A stretch of DNA of 64,000 bases from Mizuhopecten yessoensis (lineage: Eukaryota). The notes below the pieces were generated by a model. It was not told the origin of the DNA. It searched no databases and saw only the letters and a program-made list of their open reading frames with translations. Within the stretch, counting starts at the first letter, position 1. The number at the start of each line of letters is the position of its first letter. Location: positions 1,435,710 to 1,499,709 of the forward strand of contig NW_018404481.1 in assembly GCF_002113885.1 (NCBI RefSeq), read 5' to 3'. Below, piece by piece: positions 59,223 through 64,000 of this stretch. The position numbers and the translations under genes were made by a program.

Positions 59223-62200
59223 CCAGCATAAATGATAACAGTTTGTTGTTGTAACTATACAGGGGTTGAAAGTCATAAAAATTGTAAATATACAAACCCT
59301 TGCGTAGTTTATATAGTTGATACCGAAGTATTATATAGAAAGTATATTTTTATAGATAGATATATTTCTTTTCTAACAACTTACTCTCATACAGTGTTAT
59401 GAACGATGTATTCTGAGCTCCAGTGATTTTTCTGTGCGTTTTTCCTGTCACCGCGTTGTATGTTCGTTTTGTTTCAACGTTCAGTGTCATCATACAATGT
59501 ACAGCGTCAATTTGAAATACTCATGTCGAGTCTTTTAAAATGTGGAAACATTACAAAAACACTGTATATTTATCAATCTTATGCTATTTTTCTCATTTAT
59601 TTATTTTGACTATTACTTATATGAAATGCATTTAAACAGGAAGTCAATTATAAAACTACAGAGAAATTTTCAAAGTCTTGATGTTTTAACACATTTTCCA
59701 GTGGGAATAAATTGAATTATACTTCTGATATTATCTAGCAAATAAGAAAACAAATTCAGGAGAAAAAAAAATCAATGTTTGAAGCCATTTGTGTGTGGAT
59801 GAACAAAATGGATTCAAATAATTAATTACATGTATACCCTATAGAAATTCAAGATGACAGCAGTAACATTTCACATAACAGTCACTGGTTTATAAATTCA
59901 AAGTTTGTCTTCGCCATTTTTCTTTAATTTCTACAATTGATTATTATTATGTGATATATCATTTTTTTTTTTTTCCTCCAGTATCTCATTTAATACCGGT
60001 AATACATCTAACAGCTATCAACTTTTTGCAAAAGATTTTATTTTACCTGAAATACTTTTCTGAAAGGGCTTCCATATACCTGGTACATATATTCAAATTC
60101 TTGTACATATTTCCATATTTATAGCCAACATCTCATTTCTTCCATGTTATCTGTTGTGATTCAGAGGAAGTTTATAGTAATTTGGTGAAAAATGAACAAA
60201 TTTATGTCTTTGATTGTGAGGGCCAGAGATATCTGTTTACAATGAAATGTTATTTGTCGGGTCAATTTCATAATTTTTCAGTGAAACAAATTTTATTCTA
60301 AGTAACTGTTCGTACTTTCATTATACATGTAATTCTTTATAATTTGTTGCAGAAGAATTTGAAAAAAAAAAAATCACATATGAACAGTTTGAAAACAATA
60401 TTCCGGAGCTCTTTCTTAAAAAACTGTACTAAATAAGGAAGTTGTCATCTTTATATCAGCTTGTCAGTCTTTACATTGTCTTTATATCCTTATTGTAGCT
60501 TATCAGTGTTGTAACCAAGGTAACTAAGTGTTCATTATAGTCTCTTACCCCATGTGTTGATATACAGAAATGTCTTGGTTAAAGGAAGATATCTTTTAAA
60601 TTAAGCTCTGACGATACTGAGCAGAGCCTAGGATTCTGTAAAAGTCTTCTTTTTTGGGGGGGTCCCAAATTTTTGCTGATTTGCAGAAAATATTCAATTT
60701 TGTCGAATCAATTTTTAGCAGATATCAGGTCTAGTGGCCATGACACAAAGTGCTCTTGTAAGGATTTAGTTAATTTGCTCATAATTTCATGCATTGTTTT
60801 TTTTCGTTGAAAATTGTTACAGTATGAAAATTACAAGAAATAGAACCCTACAAAAATTGTGAAAAATGAAACCCCACAAAAATAAACGACCTTTACATTA
60901 CTTGATTTCATCCAGATACCAAGATAAAGAGGTGTATCGATCATAACCAGAGTAAAATTGCTTGTTTTCTCGTACCCCTAAAAGTTAGAATAATATGTGA
61001 TAACTTGGCAGCATACTTTCTAAATTGTGCTCGCCAATGTACTAGTATATATATATTGAGAATGGTGTCCATTTTGTTATGGTTTCAAAGAGAATGTTTG
61101 TGAGATGTGTTTAACTACTTGTGTGAGAGCGTTATCTCAACTCTTGTGTATTAAAGAGAAAATAATCTGATGCTAGGTTTAACTTATGAGATTGTTCCTG
61201 TTTGGGGTACGAGCATATTGTTTATGTTTATCTCTCTATTTAAGTGCAATACTAAGCTTGTAATATTACCGTAGTAGCAACAGTACAGTGTAAAGGGTAA
61301 TAGTTTCATGGATCAAAGTTGTCATAATTATAATTTGTGTACATAGTAGTCGTAATTTTCATTCCCCAGTATATGTTGATGGTCTGGAAACGGAGATCTG
61401 ATTTTAATCGTGCTGGTCGTGTCTTAATGTATTTTGTCTCGTAAGTTTGCTGGATTTTCACATTCATTTGTTTTAAGTATAAAGCATATTTTCAAAATTG
61501 CTTTGTTGTCATCGCAGATTTATGTTGTCAAATAATAGATTGAATAAAATATATTATCGTCGTTCTATACAAGGGGAGATAACCTAACATTATTTTCAAG
61601 ATATGATAATACTAGTTGGTGTAGTTCACAATTATGTAATAATAAGTCATCATTTTGCAAAATGAAATGCTGACATTAAAAAAAACACATTGTTTTTTTC
61701 TAAAGTACAATTAAATTTGCTGTAAAAGTATTTCTATGTGTGCATATTGTTTCTCGGTTGTGTTATATAGAAACATAGATTACAAAAAAAATACATTCAT
61801 TTTTTTTTTTAAATATTTAGATATTTTGAAAGAATATTATCTGTAAATTGAAAAGTAACCTGTATCTATAACAAGCATAACTGTGACAAATATTCCAATA
61901 TGGTAAGTTGTTCCTGTATACACCTTATATTATTCTGGTCGGAAAAAGGAAAAGGAGTTATTTAATGAATCTCTTAAATGTGCCATGGCAATTTTGAGAT
62001 TTTTAATACACTTAATCATTCATACACAATAGTTCCATTCAGAATTTTTCAACATTTTTGTTATCCTTTTGGTGACATCTTGAAATTTGGATCAAAATTT
62101 ATGATGATGAATATTCATGGGAAAAAACGTACATGTAATATGAAATGTGTTTAATCAGACTTTGATGTATACAGAAATTAATTTAAACATTCTTATTCTA

Positions 62201-63863
62201 GTGCTTATCTATGTAGATGTTGTAAGCTAAATTTTCAATGTCATTTTAAATGCATGATTTGTTAAAGATGCTTTGCATTTGTTGATGAACTGAACACGCC
62301 CAAAAATATCATACGACAGGGTAGAGCCTTAAGTATATGATTGACTTTATCACATTCGTAGACTACACATAAAGTCAAATCAGCATTATGGATTTAAGAA
62401 ATGTGAAAAAAGTTTGCCATTTTAATTCCAGCAATCTACTGAGTTTGCATGGTATTTTCATGTGACAAAAAACTACCGGGCTGATATGATTTGTACATTA
62501 CTGTTGCATGTGATATATCTGTTCGTTATAGATGTGTTTATTAAATATTTTGTCGTCATTGTGATGATGATGCGTGGTACGTACTCGTCAGCTTTTGTAA
62601 GTTATATATACATATACAAAGCTTCACTTGTTATTTGGCATAATATAACAAAATTAATAACCAATAAAACACATCTTGCCACAGGTAGAAATTGTTTTGG
62701 TTTTCATTGTTCGATATTGTATGTAGATGATGTTCCTAGTAATCCCGATACTGTGCCACAGAGCAGTTCCAAAAACGCTTCTGTGAATAAGCAAATTTGA
62801 TGTCGTTCCTGACCTGACACATTCTATAGATGAGTTTTCTGGAATAAATACACTGTGTACCAGGAAATTTCTGCACTGTTAAACTTTAGGTCCTTCACCT
62901 GAAAATTCCATATTTTCCCAATATTAATTTTGCCCTTCACATTGAATTTCTATGTATGGTATGCTGTGTACCAAAAGTCACAGTCATGATAAATGCAGTC
63001 AAAAGTTAAACATTTCCTGGTATATATACAGTAGTCTATATATATGGTTCAACTTCTGAATTAATTGTTTTATCAATAAACACTGTATTCTACCTCAGAA
63101 AGCAAACTAGCATGGGTGAGTGACAGCGTACCTCAAAAAAAACAAGCTAATGAAACGACTAGTGAATCAATGCATCCCTTATCAGCATCCTTTTCAATAA
63201 ACAAACACTTTAACTGGTCATATTGATAGGGCATAGGAATATGATAAATGAAAGTGGCCCAGACACCCTGTTCAAAAAGAATAAAGCAATTTTTACTTGG
63301 ATCTTTTGCAAAAATGCTGCAATCATAATTATTATATTAAATCAAAAATTAAAATTGGCCGCCGCCAGTTTAAATGTTAGAATTTCATATGATTTAAAAA
63401 AAACATTCTGGAAGTTATATATTCCTTTTATCATTGTGTGATGACCATGTGATATGGTCATTTTGATACATTTATAACATTTATCGTTAACTTTACTGTT
63501 AAATTAAGATTCACAGTGTTGACTCATGTTTTGACAAACTCAACTAAAATGGTATTGTTGACTTTTTTGGTTGGTTTGATATAATTAATCCTTAGTGAAC
63601 ATTATTTGGTTTAATTAAAATATTATTTAAAAATCCATGTTTTTGTAGGTCTGCTAAATAATTACTAGACCTTATATAAGTAAAAAAAAACTGAAATTAA
63701 GTGCCTATAATTAAACAAGTTGTGACGGTTACCATTTAATGTAGTTAATTTACATTACGAAAACAATTTTTTACAATAAACTTTTAACAACGACGTAACA
63801 ATACTTGCTTAGCTATCAAACCGAAAGTAGAAGATTTACCTCCCCTTGGTTATCGTCATTCTT

Positions 63864-63872
63864 GCCACGTCA
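63864..63872 (-). promoter_or_regulatory. UPRE-like element (TGACGTGGC) just upstream of SCFD1
   Basis: GCCACGTCA on +, 24 bp before the ATG. TGACGTGG is the XBP1/CREB3-family consensus. Confidence 0.5.
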
Positions 63873-63895
63873 GGCGAGGTCAGCACTGTTCCAAG

Positions 63896-64000
63896 ATGGC
63901 TTCCTCCCTGAGAGAGAAGCAAATCCAAGCTTTAAAGCGTATGATCAACTTTAATCAGCCTCCAACGAAAGCCACATCGTCGGAACCACAATGGAAAGTT
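63896..64000 (+). CDS. SCFD1: Sec1 family domain-containing protein 1 (Sly1), N-terminal 35 codons, runs off window
   Basis: Manual translation MASSLREKQIQALKRMINFNQPPTKATSSEPQWKV matches the recalled SCFD1 N-terminus (SIRERQ..ALKRMLNFN....EPVWKV). Confidence 0.88.
   Translation, partial: MASSLREKQIQALKRMINFNQPPTKATSSEPQWKV

Overview
AT-rich animal genomic DNA, most likely a bivalve mollusc (inferred from V-, CORE- and Meta-domain SINEs and Helentron/HINE-type elements). I reconstructed five genes by hand from splice sites and reading frame. (1) A 4-exon secreted peptidoglycan-recognition protein (+, 2573-8188) that lacks the catalytic Cys. (2) An 11-exon NDUFA9 (-, 10834-23833), head-to-head with (3) TXNL4A/Dim1 (+, 25216-25644), whose CDS has no introns. 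(4) A 4-exon LIX1/LIX1L (lowfat) homolog (+, 36044-57811). (5) The first 35 codons of SCFD1/Sly1 at the right edge (63896-64000), not in the ORF track. Between TXNL4A and LIX1L, a young 5'-truncated L1/Tx1-clade reverse-transcriptase retroelement sits inside a 38-bp minisatellite with a poly(A) tail and 15-bp TSD. It appears twice, most probably as an assembly artefact. The rest is dense with SINEs, HINE-like elements, minisatellites and MITEs with readable TSDs (piggyBac-, IS3EU-, P/Galileo-, Kolobok-, Harbinger-, hAT- and Zator-like), several of them nested. No CRISPR, rRNA or true tRNA is evident. I found no clearly new multi-gene system; the best leads are the minisatellite-embedded retroelement and a pair of sister ~83-bp TTAA micro-MITE families. 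All family assignments come from recalled motifs, not database searches.
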